Source: Folioceros fuciformis (Eukaryota). From it: a DNA stretch of 64,000 bases. The stretch is from assembly GCA_049999805.1 (NCBI GenBank), contig JBNGIO010006373.1, forward strand, positions 98,231 through 162,230, given 5' to 3'. Under the pieces are notes generated by a model that did not search any database, was not told where the DNA came from, and saw nothing but the letters and a program-made list of their open reading frames with translations. Both the position numbers and the translations under genes were made by a program. Below are positions 1 to 12,800 of this stretch, one piece after another. The first letter of the stretch is position 1, and every line of letters begins with the position of its first letter.

Positions 1-1315
1 GGGAAGGATAGGCCGAAGAAGAGACGGAAGGAAAGAGCAGGGGTTGCAGGGGTGCGGGATGTGGGAGGAATGGGTTGACCTAAAGCTGCGTGGAGCATTT
101 TCAGATAGATGTGATGTCAGATCGGAGATCAGCGGCCTTCGTTTCTTGCGGCTGCTTGCAGATGAGGTGACGGCGGGCACTAATGTCGGGCAGGGACTAC
201 GCATGGATGGAGACTGGTGTAACACAATCCCTGGGTATTGATGCCAAGGTTGGAGATGATGAAGTGCTCAGGCTGAGCACTCGGCGCGGAGGGATTGGGG
301 TGTAAGATTGCTGTGGCCAGGGCCTCGCTCAAGCCTTGGCTATCAATCCAAAGATTGAAGTGCGCCGGTCGAGCTCTCGGTGCGGAGTGCAGGGGGTGTG
401 TTGGTTGCAGTTGGGCTCGCTGCTGCATCTACGTGGAGCCTCGTAATCTGGCTTCTCCTGTGCTGTGCTGCGGCTGGGCACCAGACCAGTCAATTTATGT
501 GCATGCAAATATTTTCTTGGTTCGGGAGCACTGCGGGTAGACCTTCATACCGTCCCGGATTCGTCTGAGAAGCTGTTTATAAGGACGAGAAAGTTAGGTC
601 CAGAATTCTTGCGCCATTGCCCAGTTGCTTTATGAGTGAGCAGCCTTGTGTTGTCTTGCTGACGCTTTGAGCCAGCTAGCTGGTATGGTAGTGGCTACTA
701 TCCTCCCCAACTGTTGAAGGGGTTCACGGTCTTACAGGTCTTGGACGTTGGTAGGGTGGCAGAGTGTGGCGTGAATCGGAAGGAGGACGACGTCGCAGCA
801 TTCATGTGGCAAGGGGGAGCGTCAAGGAGCCTCATCTGGGACATTTTGCTCGATGTTGAGCTTGCTTGCTCGGGTACTCTTCCATAGGATTTCAGAAAAC
901 AAACAGATTCAAAATAATAAAAGAAAAGTCGCTGGTTTAGAAACCCTGGACATGGACAGCCCATTCGACTGTGCGCATTGTAGCGATCAGTTGGTGCTGT
1001 CCAAACTGCTTCGCCATAAGATCGTACTTACACTCCAAGTACCAATTACACTGCTCTAAAATGCCCACGGCATCAAACTGAACTGAGCGCCCTTACACGT
1101 CACTGCCAGGCATGCAGCAGCACGCTCTTCTGCCTTTGATTTCAAAGGCAAAGGTTTCCCTAACTCAGATGATACACTTGGCAGTCCCAGCAATCGCCGA
1201 GGTTCCGCCAGTTCCGCTCGAAGCCTTCTTTTTTCTCTGCTCTAACTCGACACCAATGCGGCGTCATATTCACAGGGGTGTGAGGCTAAAACTCTAGGTA
1301 GCTTCTTGTCGGCGG

Positions 1316-3009
1316 TCACGAAGTTTCCACAGCCTTTCGGCATCTCCATATTTTAACAGCGCCATGACTGTCGCCGGAAAACAGCAATCCATCAGGGCCC
1401 ACAGCCAACGATCGGACTTCCTCCCTTGAGAACAAGGACCCTCGTTCAGTAAACCTGTCGATAAAGAGGATTTCACTCAGTATTGCAGGATGCAGAAGCC
1501 AGTGCAACAAACAAGGTCTGATTCGAAATCACTAAAATCTGCTTGGAAGGATACGTACGTGGGGAGGTCGAAGAGCTTGACTGAGTTGTCGTTGTAAGAG
1601 CACAGCAAAACAGGCTTGTTCTCAGGATCGACGAAACCACATATTCGAAGTGCACCCTGCAGAGCGGACGATTCTCTGTCTTCTGGATGTGTGTACGTGA
1701 CTTCAAGCGAGCCAGTTGAACTAGCAGCCCAGACCTGGGGTGGAAACACGAGCAGTTAGCACAACCAAAAGATTACAAACACAACCTGAGGTCCCACACA
1801 GTGTGCCAGAGACAAAATAGATGTGCAACTTACTTTGATAGTCCCATCGAGCGAACAGGAGAGCAGAAATTGCTCCCAACAGAGGAGACCCATGACCACA
1901 TTCGTGTGAGCCTGGAAGTCCTGCAAGCAGCTTCCAGTGGCGAGATCCCACACCCTGATGGACTTGTCCATCGACCCCGAGTAGAGTCGCCCGCCAGCAA
2001 CAGCAAGAGTGACGACAGCCCCCGTATGGCCCACAAATGTGGCCGCAGGTTCGAAAGAGTTGGAGGTGGGACTAAATTTCCAGGCGACGATCAACCCGTC
2101 CTGGGTCCCGGCAAACAACACATCAGTGTTGATCGCAAGAGCATGAACCTGACCAAAGGAGCCAGGCAGACTCTGCTGCGCCAAGGTCTGCATATTCCAT
2201 GTCTGCACACACCCAGCACCCAACAAAAAGGTCAACACTCCCGGAATAAGAACCACAGCAGCGGCAGCAGCAGGAGCAGGAGCCGCAGGCAGCAACCCCA
2301 CCAAAACGCACAAAATCCGATGCCTCCGACACTCACCTTCACCTCGTTGGGCAGCCCCACGAACAGCCATCCCGCCTCGGTGATGAGAGCCCCCACATCC
2401 CCCCCCATCGACACCACATTAGTACACTGCCCTGTTGAACAATCCCATACCCTCACCGTCTCATCCTGCCCTCCAGTATACAGCATGGATGTTCCAGCTG
2501 GCAAAGCAATTGCCCTCACAGCCTGCAGTCGCATACACAAGAAGCACTTCCACCTGTAAGCCCTAATAAGCTCCAGCCAGAGAAAGCCAGCCCCGACGCT
2601 TCTCAACGAACATCATCTCCACACAACTCACCTTCTCATGCCCATTGAGCATGGTCATCAAGGTCACCCCGGGGCAGGTGGTGTGGGCGTGCAGATAGTT
2701 GCATTGGTCGCCCTTGATGCAATCCCCCTTGATGAAATAAGAACATACCCTGTCCTTGATCCTCCGCTGCGGGGTAGCAAACCCTCCCCTGCCTGCCCCC
2801 GCCTTGCCACCTCGCGGCCTCCCCAGCCTGGCCTGCACGCCATTCCCCGCTCCCCTACCCGTGGTCCCGGGGCTCCCGGGATGCAGGAAGGAACAATCGT
2901 CTCCCTTGAGGCATCTACCCTCCTGCCAGTAGTGGCAAACCCTACCGCCCGAGTTGCCCACTCTCAAAACGCGCTTGCTCCCAGCTCTTGCGGGACCATC
3001 CACCTCCAT
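1316..3009 (-). CDS. CCCH zinc-finger + WD40-repeat protein (ZFWD-like), 5 exons (3009-2632, 2522-2337, 2202-1834, 1734-1559, 1454-1316)
   Basis: Two C-x7-C-x5-C-x3-H fingers (CHYWQEGRCLKGDDCSFLH; CSYFIKGDCIKGDQCNYLH) followed by WD repeats (GH...LYSGSMDKSIRVWD). GT-AG introns keep the frame. Confidence 0.92.
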
Positions 3010-3940
3010 AGCCCTGCCCAGCTCGCTCCTCGCACAAATTTCTTTACCAAAATCCTAAACCAGAAATTACACCAGCCCTTACTGTCTTACACCAGGCCCT
3101 GCCAATTTCCTGTCAGCCTCCAGCTCCCATAAAGAAAAACGCCCATTACCATTTCCCCTCGCCTTTCTAGGGCTTCCTTCCTGGCGCCCGGGTCCCGGAC
3201 CGGGTATGATCTGGACTGGGACTGGACGGGACTCCAGCCCGGCCGATTCCTGTGTCATGTCCTGGAACCAAAACAATACGCTCCCAAGGGGTTTATATTT
3301 ATGGTGCCCTAGCAGCCGAATGTAGAAAGAAAGAAGGAAGGCCTCGGTGAGCCCCGGGGCTAGGGCACCGGCTTGTTGCCCGACTCCATGGCACGGATCC
3401 CGTTCAAAAGTAACGGAGCTTCTTTGGAAGTCCGTTCCACGCCTTCTGTGCGGGACTCGTTCAGAAGTCACCAGGCAGAGCGCTTGCCAAGCGCTTGCCA
3501 TGTCGGGCTTGTGGGAGTCCTAACCTCGCAGACGTCCGTCCGTGTCTCTTCCTTCTCTCCCGCGGAAGCCGGCATTACTTGCGCCTCGTGTGGCGCGTTC
3601 ACCATGTCTCGGCTTGGTAATGCCCGAAGATGCACACAAGCGCGGAGCTCGGTGCCCGAGTCTCTGCTGCATTCAGCTCCCTGTTTGCAATTTGTGGTTG
3701 CTGCGTGGATCTTGTGGGGAATTCTCTGATTCACCGCTGCTTGCCTCGGCTGCAGAATGTGGAGCGTTTTGTAGTGCCTGCTCACGATAGAGCAGAAAAT
3801 TACAGTTTGGAGTGGAATTGTAGCCTGGAAGGCGGGAGTGGGAGCTCGTACGTGCAGCGTCCGGATCAGAGCTGCTGCTGTGTTTTTGGTGTGGAAGGCT
3901 GATCCGGTGTGTGTCGGTGGTGGCAAATTTGCGAGCAGTG

Positions 3941-6900
3941 ATGGACCTACTCAGAAGCCATCTGAGTAGGGTGCGCATTCCAGAGCCGTCGAACCGGATT
4001 TACAAGGAGGAGTGTTGTATCTCCTTCGATACGCCGGTGAGTTCTGAACCCTATCGATTCCGGGGTGACTCGCCGGCCGGTTTGGGAACAATTTCGTCCC
4101 GTGGACCTCGGTTCTTTGCACGTTGCTGGAGCTGCGCATTCAGAGTGTACGGGTTTTGTGACTGTGTAGAGTGTTGTTCATTTTTGTATCTGGTCATCAG
4201 AGGTCGGAGGGTGGCCTCTTTGTGGATCTCAACTCCTTCCTGGCTTTTGGACGCGAACATGTGCTTTTGAATTACGCTAAGACAGGCAATCCTGTCTATC
4301 TTAACATTGTCGAAACCGTTAAGCCTGCCCGGGAAGACGGGGCACACAAGAAGCCTTCTCGGTTGGGAATCGGTACGTCTTGCCTGCATTGTAAGTGGTG
4401 TGCGTGTGTCCGGCTGGTCTAGATGGCAGACCACGGCTGAGTAGGAAGTTGTTGGGATGGCGTGGCATTCAGGTGTCGAAGGAGGTTTCGATGCCAAAGG
4501 GTCGGAGTATGAGCAGTCATATTTCATTGTCATCCTGCCGGATTTCGTGTACCTTCCTTTCCCTAACGTGGAGCTGCCCGAAAAGGTAGGATCTCTGTTT
4601 ATTCGTCGATTTAGCATGAATTGGCTGAACGCGAAATTCTTGTAACTCAGTGGCACGAGGTTCTAGTCTGTTTGAGTACGAATGTGATGCAGACTTTCAT
4701 GATGTCAGGTCAGACTCTGTGTAGATGGAGTGCTTGCAGCTATGGGTGCTGAGCATAAGGAGGACTTGACGGCCTGGACTGCTGACAAGAAGAAAGAAAG
4801 TATCTACGCAAGGGAATTGCAGCAGTTGGACAATGGTGTCAAGGTTCCTCCGCACGGTTGGAAGTGCAGCCTGTGTGATAAGAAGGATAATTTGTGGCTG
4901 AACCTCACGGATGGCGCAATATTATGTGGGAGGCGGAACTGGGATGGAACAGGTGGTAATGATCATGCTGTTGAGCACTATGGTGCAACGGGGTACCCTC
5001 TTGCTGTGAAACTTGGTACTGTCACAGCCGATCTTGATGCAGCTGGTAATCTACACGGCAAAGCTCCCATGACAAATCTTTTGTTTGGCTCTCCAAGTGG
5101 ATTATGGTGGATTCTTCGCTGATGCTAGAGGTCTCTGTGGAGCCTGTGTGTGTAGATGTGTATTCATACCCGGAAGATGCTGCAGTTGAGGACCCTCTGT
5201 TGGCACAACATCTGTCTCATTTTGGAATTGACTTCTCTTCACTTACGAAGGTGAACCTAACTTATAAGGCTCCAGTGCCCGCCTTAGACTTATGACTTGT
5301 TCAAATCGGTCTGGTGCTGAGTTACCGGTACACTTTGCAGACAGAGATGACTACTGCGGAGAGAGAAATAGACCAGAATGTCAACTTTGACTGGAATCGC
5401 ATCCAGGAGAACGGAAAGGAGCTTGAGCCTTTGTTTGGTCCAGGTTACACAGGGCTGGCAAACCTTGGGAACAGGTGGCTTGTTTGTCCATTTTTGCTTG
5501 TTCTGCAGCATTATTTGGGGATCACGGAAATGTCTAATCAAGGGTGGGGTTTGCCATTTTGACTGTAGTTGCTATCTTGCATCAGTTGTACAAGCTGTGT
5601 TCTCCACAAAGAGCTTTCAGCAGCAGTGAGCTTCTGCTACCCTCTTACCTTGGACTCCTGCTGTGTGTGCTCTTCAGACTGTTGTCCAATTTTGCTCTGT
5701 TGTAATGCTAGATTTTGTGCAGATACTACGGCAAACTTAATTTGGACGACGCGTTCAGGAGGGCTCCTGCTGATCCAACTTTAGATTTGAACACTCAGCT
5801 GTAAGAGAATGATTCGATATGTTCGCTTTCGTGCTATTTGAAATAGACTTCCCTTAGTCTCGTTCATCACTCAGGTGCTTGTGTCTTTATTATGCAGGGC
5901 AAAGCTAGCACATGGTATTCTCTCTGGTCGATACTCAGTCCCTGTCACAAAGCCATCAGTTATTGTTAGTATTCTCATGTCCAGCTTCGTTTGGAATGCA
6001 AATCTTGGATGATGATTTCTTGTGTGTTTCTACTGCACTCACACTGCGGGATTTGCACTCGGTTGGTTGCAGGAAGTGGATAAGGAGGAAGTTGAAGATA
6101 AAGAGACACTGGTTGTCCAGGCTGTCACATATATTTTCAGATTAGATTTTGTTTCAACATACAATCCTCTCATAAGTAATCCAAATTTACTGGATCTGAA
6201 TCGTTCAGGGTCAAGCTGGTATACCACCCCGTATGTTCAAGGCCCTGATTGGGGCTGGACACCCAGAATTTGCAACTTCCAGGCAGCAGGTACTTCAAGA
6301 CATGCTTTTGAACTTTTGAAACCGTTTGTCGTTTGTCAGGAAGCTGATTGTGACCTGGCTTGTATTAGGATGCTTTGGAGTTTTTCCAGCATCTTATTCA
6401 ACAGGTTGAGGAGAATTTTAAGACAAATCCGCAAGAGGATCCATCTCGATCTTTCAAGTTTGTGGTGGAAGAGAGAATACAATGCTCTGTGTCTGAGCAA
6501 GTTAAGTATACAAAAAAGGTGGACAATGTCTTGTCATTGAGCATTCCGCTCCATGCTGCTGTGAATAAAGGTAACAAGCATGGTAGTACCCCTTGATGGA
6601 CGTTCCTCAGGCTCCTAAGTCAGCGTGAGGTGCGTTCTAATGTACAAAATATGTGCGTGAACAATTGGGCTGTGCAGAAGAGGTGGCTGCATATGAGAAG
6701 AAGAGAACAGAGAAATCCTTGGTAGGAGAGAAATTGTAAGGCTAGCTACCCTGATGGTTTTTCAAGTATTTCCTCATTTCATTTCTCCCACGGTCTTAAG
6801 CTTCAGCGGTTGTTCTTCAGGAGCGATGAGGAGATAGTTCGTCCAAGAGTGCCATTGCACGAGTGCTTGCACAGTTTCTGTGCACCTGAAGAGGTGCAGG

Positions 6901-8342
6901 AATTTTATAGTACTGCCATCAGTGCAAAGACAACGGCTATAAAGTACATCTCTTTTCTTGACAGTTCAAACAGAACACCCTGTTGCGAGGCACATTTGGT
7001 TACAACTATCGGTGTTGGTTTTGGTGTTGGTTCGTGCAGGACAGCTAGTCTGGCAACTTTTCCTGATTATCTTCTTCTGCACATGCGGAAGTTCATTCTT
7101 GATGATGGCTGGGTGCCGAGGAAGCTGGGTAATTCAATGAAGCTTTACCTGCAGTTTTACCATGTCTCCCACCATGGAACAACGGACTGACAAGCGGAAG
7201 TTGGTTTCAGATGTGTTTATAGACGTGCCTGATGAAATTGATATCAACTACATGCGTAGCACGGGTTTTCAACCAGGGGAGGTGCTCCTGCCCGAAACTG
7301 GAGGTCTTCACTACTGGGCCCCTACTTCTGCTATCTTCTGAGTCATGGTACAGCTGCATAGATAATTGTTCCGTGTTCCCTTCCTCTTGTTTTCTCACGT
7401 TCTCCCCGGCTTCCTGACAGAAAATCCTCAGCCAGCAGGGCCAGTTGCAGACGAGACTATTGTCGAGCACCTCGTGGACATGGGATTCCACAGGGTTCAC
7501 TGTGAGAAGGCTGCAATTAATACATCCAACAGAGGTGTGGAGGAAGCGATGACTTGGCTGATCTCTCACATGGAGGATCCAGGTATGGTAGAAGGCGAGT
7601 CAAAGTGGAAGTACCAAGGCACCCATGCTTCAAAAGTGTTGAGTGATCTCATGTTATTGATATGCATCACAGACATCGATGAACCTCTTCGAGGAGGTAT
7701 CCAACCTGACCGATCAACGGAGGCACCTGTGGATTCGGGCCAAGTAGACACCCTCATCTCCTTTGGGTTCGAACCAGATGTTGCTGTCAGAGCACTGAGA
7801 GCATCGGTAATCATCTACGGGCCATGAGTATTTTATCATCTCCGCCCTCAGCGTTCGCATCTGTTGGACTGCTCGTTTCTGGCTTGCAGGGTGGAGACGT
7901 GGAGAGGGCTACCGAATGGATATTCAATCAGCCCCCAGGTGGAATGGAGATGGAAGTGGATAGCTCCTCCAATGCTAATACTCCTGTAGTTGATCAGGGG
8001 CTACCGGATGGGCCAGGAAGTGAGTGCCTACCTTGTTGTTTCCTTTGTCTGGTGCTGGGGTCTGAAAAGGCCTGGGCCTGTTGCAAGGCGAGCTGAAATG
8101 TCGTGGAATGGCGAGAACGTGCAGAATATCAACTTCTTGCGTTTGTGAGTCACATGGGAAGTTCCGTCCACTGTGGGCATTACGTGGCACATGTGAAGAA
8201 GGATGGACGTTGGGTCCTATTCAACGACTCTAAAGTGGCAGTGTCAGGAGACCCTCCTCGAGATCTGGGATACCTGTACCTTTTCCAGCGTGATCCGTGT
8301 GTAGCCAACCCAGCAAGTGTCACGTGGTCACCGTCGAACTAG
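3941..8342 (+). CDS. UBP14: Ubiquitin-specific protease 14 (USP5/13 family; ZnF-UBP, USP and two UBA domains), multi-exon
   Basis: N-terminus MDLLRSHLSRVRIPEP. ZnF-UBP NLWLNLTDGAILCGRRNWDGTGGNDHAVEHY. Cys box GLANLGNSCYLAS, UBA motifs LVDMGF and LISFGF, His box HMGSSVHCGHYVAH. TAG at 8340-8342. Confidence 0.96.
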
Positions 8343-8675
8343 GATAGAGTAGAGACGAAGATTGTACGCATTGACGTAGACTGTTTTGGCACCAACTGAA
8401 GTTCGACGCATTCTGAATTTTGCAAGATTTGAGGCTGGTTTACGTCTGGTACAGCACACGGGATGAGATGAACGGAGCTTTGGTTATTTCTTTAGATACG
8501 CAGGCGGTTGTGACGGGAAGCGTATCGTTACAGGGAAACCGTGGTCGTGTGTACATACAACATCCGTGGCACTGAGTTTCAGTTTGCGATGTGAGCGGAT
8601 ATAAAGCCCTGGGTTGTGACGCATTTGCTCCTGACCTTGAACCGGTTGGTGTATCGTGTCTGTACTCGCAGCACG

Positions 8676-9716
8676 ATGGTATGTGTCATGTTCTACCAAC
8701 AACACTGGCATGGATGCGCAATTCAGCTGCGCAGGCAACCTCCTCCAAAAAGGAAACTGGCATCTGAATTCAAGCCCAAGGTGACGAACGGGCGAGGACA
8801 TCAGCACCCAAGGCGACGCATCCAAGCCCCAAGCGTGGAGCATCTGGAACAACGTCTTAAGAGCCTACGGGAGAGAGCCAAGGTGATGCCGGAGGCGGCG
8901 GGAGCCTTGGATCAGATCGAACAAAAAATCGATCTCCTCTCCTGGCCTTCCGCTGTGCCAGACCAGAGCTGGGACCATCCGCCGGAGAAGCCGCAGGCCG
9001 TAAGGCAGCCGTCAGCTCTGCTCAAGGGCGCCAGGCGCCGATTGGCCGCTCCGCCATGGATGGGAGGCGTCATTTATGCTGTGGCAGCTCTGGCTATGGC
9101 GGTTTCCTTGAAGTCGGGGAGCATGAGGTCTGCGGACGCCGGGAGAGTGGCAGCTACAGTGTTGCAGCATGCGGTGCAGTCGCAAACGGATTCGCGGCTG
9201 GAGAGGTTGCTAGGGCACCGGAGGATGGCGGAGGCTCCCGAGAGCGAGCTAGTGCCCGTGCTGTCTGACGGGAGCGTGAGGATGCGGAGGTCGGCTGCCA
9301 AAGCATTTTTTCTCATGCAGGAGGCGGCGTACCGGGACGGGGTCAGGCTTGTGCCCATCTCGGGGTTTCGGTCGGTTCAGCAGCAGCAGAGGTTGTTCTA
9401 CGATGTGAAGGCGGCCAGAGTGCAAAGAGCCAGCGAGAGAGCCAGGGTGTCTGCTCCGCCTGGCTTCAGCGAGCATCATACTGGCTATGCCCTGGATATC
9501 GGAGATCGGGATTGCCCTTCCGCCGATGTGGAGCACGAATTCCAGCGGACATCCGCCTTCGCGTGGTTGCAACGGCATGCTGGTAGATTCCACTTCGAGA
9601 TGTCCTTCCCTGATGACAATTCGCAAGGGATAGCGTATGAGCCATGGCACTGGAGGTTTGTCGGTGACGATCACAGCCTCTGGACGTTCTATGGGCAAAG
9701 TCAGGAACCGAGGTAG
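8676..9716 (+). CDS. vanY: VanY-type D-Ala-D-Ala carboxypeptidase (peptidase M15B), intronless, with N-terminal extension and one TM helix; probable plastid peptidoglycan hydrolase
   Basis: SGFRS, SAPPGFSEHHTGYALD (SxHxxGxAxD) and YEPWHWRFVG (ExxH) motifs. Hydrophobic WMGGVIYAVAALAMAVSL precedes the catalytic domain. First in-frame ATG is at 8676. Confidence 0.9.
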   Translation: MVCVMFYQQHWHGCAIQLRRQPPPKRKLASEFKPKVTNGRGHQHPRRRIQAPSVEHLEQRLKSLRERAKVMPEAAGALDQIEQKIDLLSWPSAVPDQSWDHPPEKPQAVRQPSALLKGARRRLAAPPWMGGVIYAVAALAMAVSLKSGSMRSADAGRVAATVLQHAVQSQTDSRLERLLGHRRMAEAPESELVPVLSDGSVRMRRSAAKAFFLMQEAAYRDGVRLVPISGFRSVQQQQRLFYDVKAARVQRASERARVSAPPGFSEHHTGYALDIGDRDCPSADVEHEFQRTSAFAWLQRHAGRFHFEMSFPDDNSQGIAYEPWHWRFVGDDHSLWTFYGQSQEPR

Positions 9717-9834
9717 GAACTACCCTTTCAGGAAGTTACGCTCAAAATCAGGTAGCAATTCTTTTGTCCTGCGAGTGGGGGAGTTGCATCCGACCTGAGG
9801 ACTTGTAAACTACACATACAGGGGGCTACCCTCC

Positions 9835-12800
9835 TCACCGCTGTACAGTGCCATTCACCCCTTCAGGCTTCCAACCATAAAGTCTAGTACCTGCATTCTC
9901 AAGCTGCAGATATAATTTATTTGCTTGTTGGAATTCGTCGTTCGAAGCAGACTTGCTGCTCTCCTGCACAAGAGCAACGAGCGACTGTAAGAAGCACGCC
10001 CAATTCATCACCGAAACCGAGAACTGCCACCAGCCTTGCTCCCTACAAGTACCTTGAACAAGTGCAGAATAGCCTTCACCGTAGACCCGCACACTGACAA
10101 GCTGCTGGCTAGCTTTTCCTCCTTCAGGAACCTTACTGTCGCATAGAAAACCTTGGTCGACAACCTCACAAAATCTGATGATCCCGACGCTGCACAAACG
10201 AAAAGGGCAGAGATACTGTAGGAGGACGACTGAAGAGATTTTCCATACAACTCACATGCCGAAAGATAATGTGACGCACCTTCCTTCAGCGTAGAAAAAA
10301 ACTTCTCCAGCACCCCTTGAGCTAGACTAGAGTTTTTAGATAGCAAAACCACACATGGCCGAAAGACGAAGTCCATAACTCCATCCCCGCCATCGATCTG
10401 CTTGCAAAACATGCAATTGATCAAGCAAACATTCATCCAGCTAAACATCCAGGCAAAAGGCATGATTTCAGGTGTCAGCTACCTCAACTACGCTTTCTGT
10501 GAAGTCGGCAACGTATGTTGAAAGCACGTCGGCTAATACTGGTGGTAGTCTGCTTCCACCATGGCTCAGCACCCCGATTGTCCTGAGAAGGCCATGCACA
10601 ACATCCAACGGTGGTCTTTCCTCCTGCATACCAAGTACCTAGACATTGTTAACCAGCACACTGAACATATTCCGATAGTCAGGTACAAGCTTCAGAGGTG
10701 CACTGAAGGCGTACAAGCTCTTGCCGAAATATTGGGCCGAGCAGCTGCAGACTCAGATTATCATCCCCCATTTGCTTTAAACAAGCACAAATAACCCCTC
10801 CGATTAGGCATTGCCTCCTTTCTACAAAGTTTCCTGTCAGCTGCACAGTTGCAAGATCATGACCTCTCGGGACACCCTTCTCTACGTCCGTTTGACCTGT
10901 AATCAAGCCAGGTGATCATAGAACAGATGTTGTTCAGCGATCCACAAGAAAATCAACAAATGCAAAGAATACCAAAGCGGACAATCCCGCAATCTGTGAT
11001 CAGTCCATTGAGCCTGTGAACAAGTTTACCTCTGTCAGATGTGTGCCCTACGAGCAAGGTCACCAGAAAACTCAAGTGAGTTGCCAGACTAATGGCACCT
11101 CTGCAAAACGATCTTTGAAGAACTTCCACCGTCCGTATGACGATCGTCACATTGACATCAAAGCCTGCAGTGGTGACCGTACACACAGACGCCAATGGTG
11201 GCATCGTAAGAGGCTGCGAAAAGTCCTGGTCTTTTGCAACCAGCAGCACAGTCACAAAGAAACTTACTGAGACAGCATTGTGCTATAGCTTTAAGAAACG
11301 GTGGAGAGAGAGACTTGTAGTAATAAAGGGTATCTACAGCGAGCATCTGGCAGGGCTCTGGAAGCTTCACAAATGGTCCAAAAATAGTACGCGCTGAAAT
11401 CATAACCATTGCACAGACCAGTCCTTAGCACATAGCACCCAAACCACCAAAGCGTCATTAAATCACGGATAAGATCTCTTGTACGTAAAGGCAGACCTGG
11501 AGTAAGATTGGATGTGATGGAAGCACAGAAAAAAGGTACCATTACTGGCTGCAAAGCTGTATACGCCTCCAACAATACAGATCCCTCAGGAGCAGTTTGC
11601 CCAATATGGAGAAGCATCTGCAGAACAGCCTGAATAGAGTCCACATTCCAGGTCAAACACTCTATGCAATTCACATGCCAAAACTTGGACCCTCATTAAT
11701 GACAGTGTCGACAGCACCTGGGAAGCCATTGGCTGGGAATGCTTCAGCTCCCAAAGAAGCTTTGGTATCGACTGAAGCCAATGCTTTTGGATTTCCGAAG
11801 GAATGCTTTTCTCAGGGTCATCTGCACACCATGCCTCCTTATCTTGCTGCCACAAGCACAGAAGATGACAGCGAGAGGTCAACCACACAACATCTCATGC
11901 TTCATTCACGTCAACACGTCACGGAATGAAGGGGGAAAACCGTACTCGCAACAGCATCTTGACCATGGCAGCAACGCAAGCTATCTTCAACGTTGATTGA
12001 GCTCTGCTCCTTTGGAAGACTTGGGTGAAGGCCTGAGAACCCACAGCTTAGATTCTTTAGCTGAAACAAGCAGAACAAGCATGGTGCGAATTCCCAAAAC
12101 GACAGCAAACAAGAAAACAGTACCTGCAGCAGGTCCGTCACCCAGTCCTGCGGGAGCCAATACACCAGTCTTGGCATATATCCCAAAAGAGATTTCATGT
12201 GTGGTTCAGCGAGCTTCCTGTCAAGAACAGCGTACGACAGCGCCGATGAGGGTAATACCTCTCCAAACAGGGCACAACGGTAGTACTCCAATACTGAGTC
12301 GAAGGCCAGTCGTTCCCTTGCTGTAGCAGAGCCATAACCTGCGACAAACCGCATCATGACTTCACAAATTCCCACGTTCAAGGCAACTACTTCCACCTCC
12401 ACCTGCATGGTGATCAACACCCATACCCGCACTTAAGCAACTATACAGCTTTTGAAACGCCAACAAACTAAAACACGAAACTGAGTTTTGCAGATTGCAC
12501 CTTCTGAGGCAGTTGCACTGATGACGCTGATACAGGGAAGGATGCCATTAAGTGATGAAGGAATCCTGGTAACAATTGTTCTTGCACCCACAGATATTGT
12601 TCCCGCCCTTTCTGTGATGACGCTAAGCTCCTCTCACCATCAGCATTTCCAGATGGGTTCGCAAAAGGTGACGTTGCATTTAAAGCAATGTCCACCAACA
12701 GCTTCAGGCACCTAGTGATGCACACCATACAGCTCAGATTGGTGGAATCAGGTGTGGGCCCAGCACAGACTGATGGAGCATATTCAGCCCAGCAATCTAG

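Noticed and set aside
1..1300. Short ORFs on both strands (e.g. 698-964 minus)
   Set aside because: No recognisable motif or consistent splice chain; may be UTR or promoter of a gene outside the window.
1547..1554. U12-type donor consensus GTATCCTT in the last ZFWD intron
   Set aside because: Using it gives an immediate stop at the evident acceptor. The GTACGT donor 4 nt upstream restores DLPT|FTERG, and no clear U12 branch point was seen.
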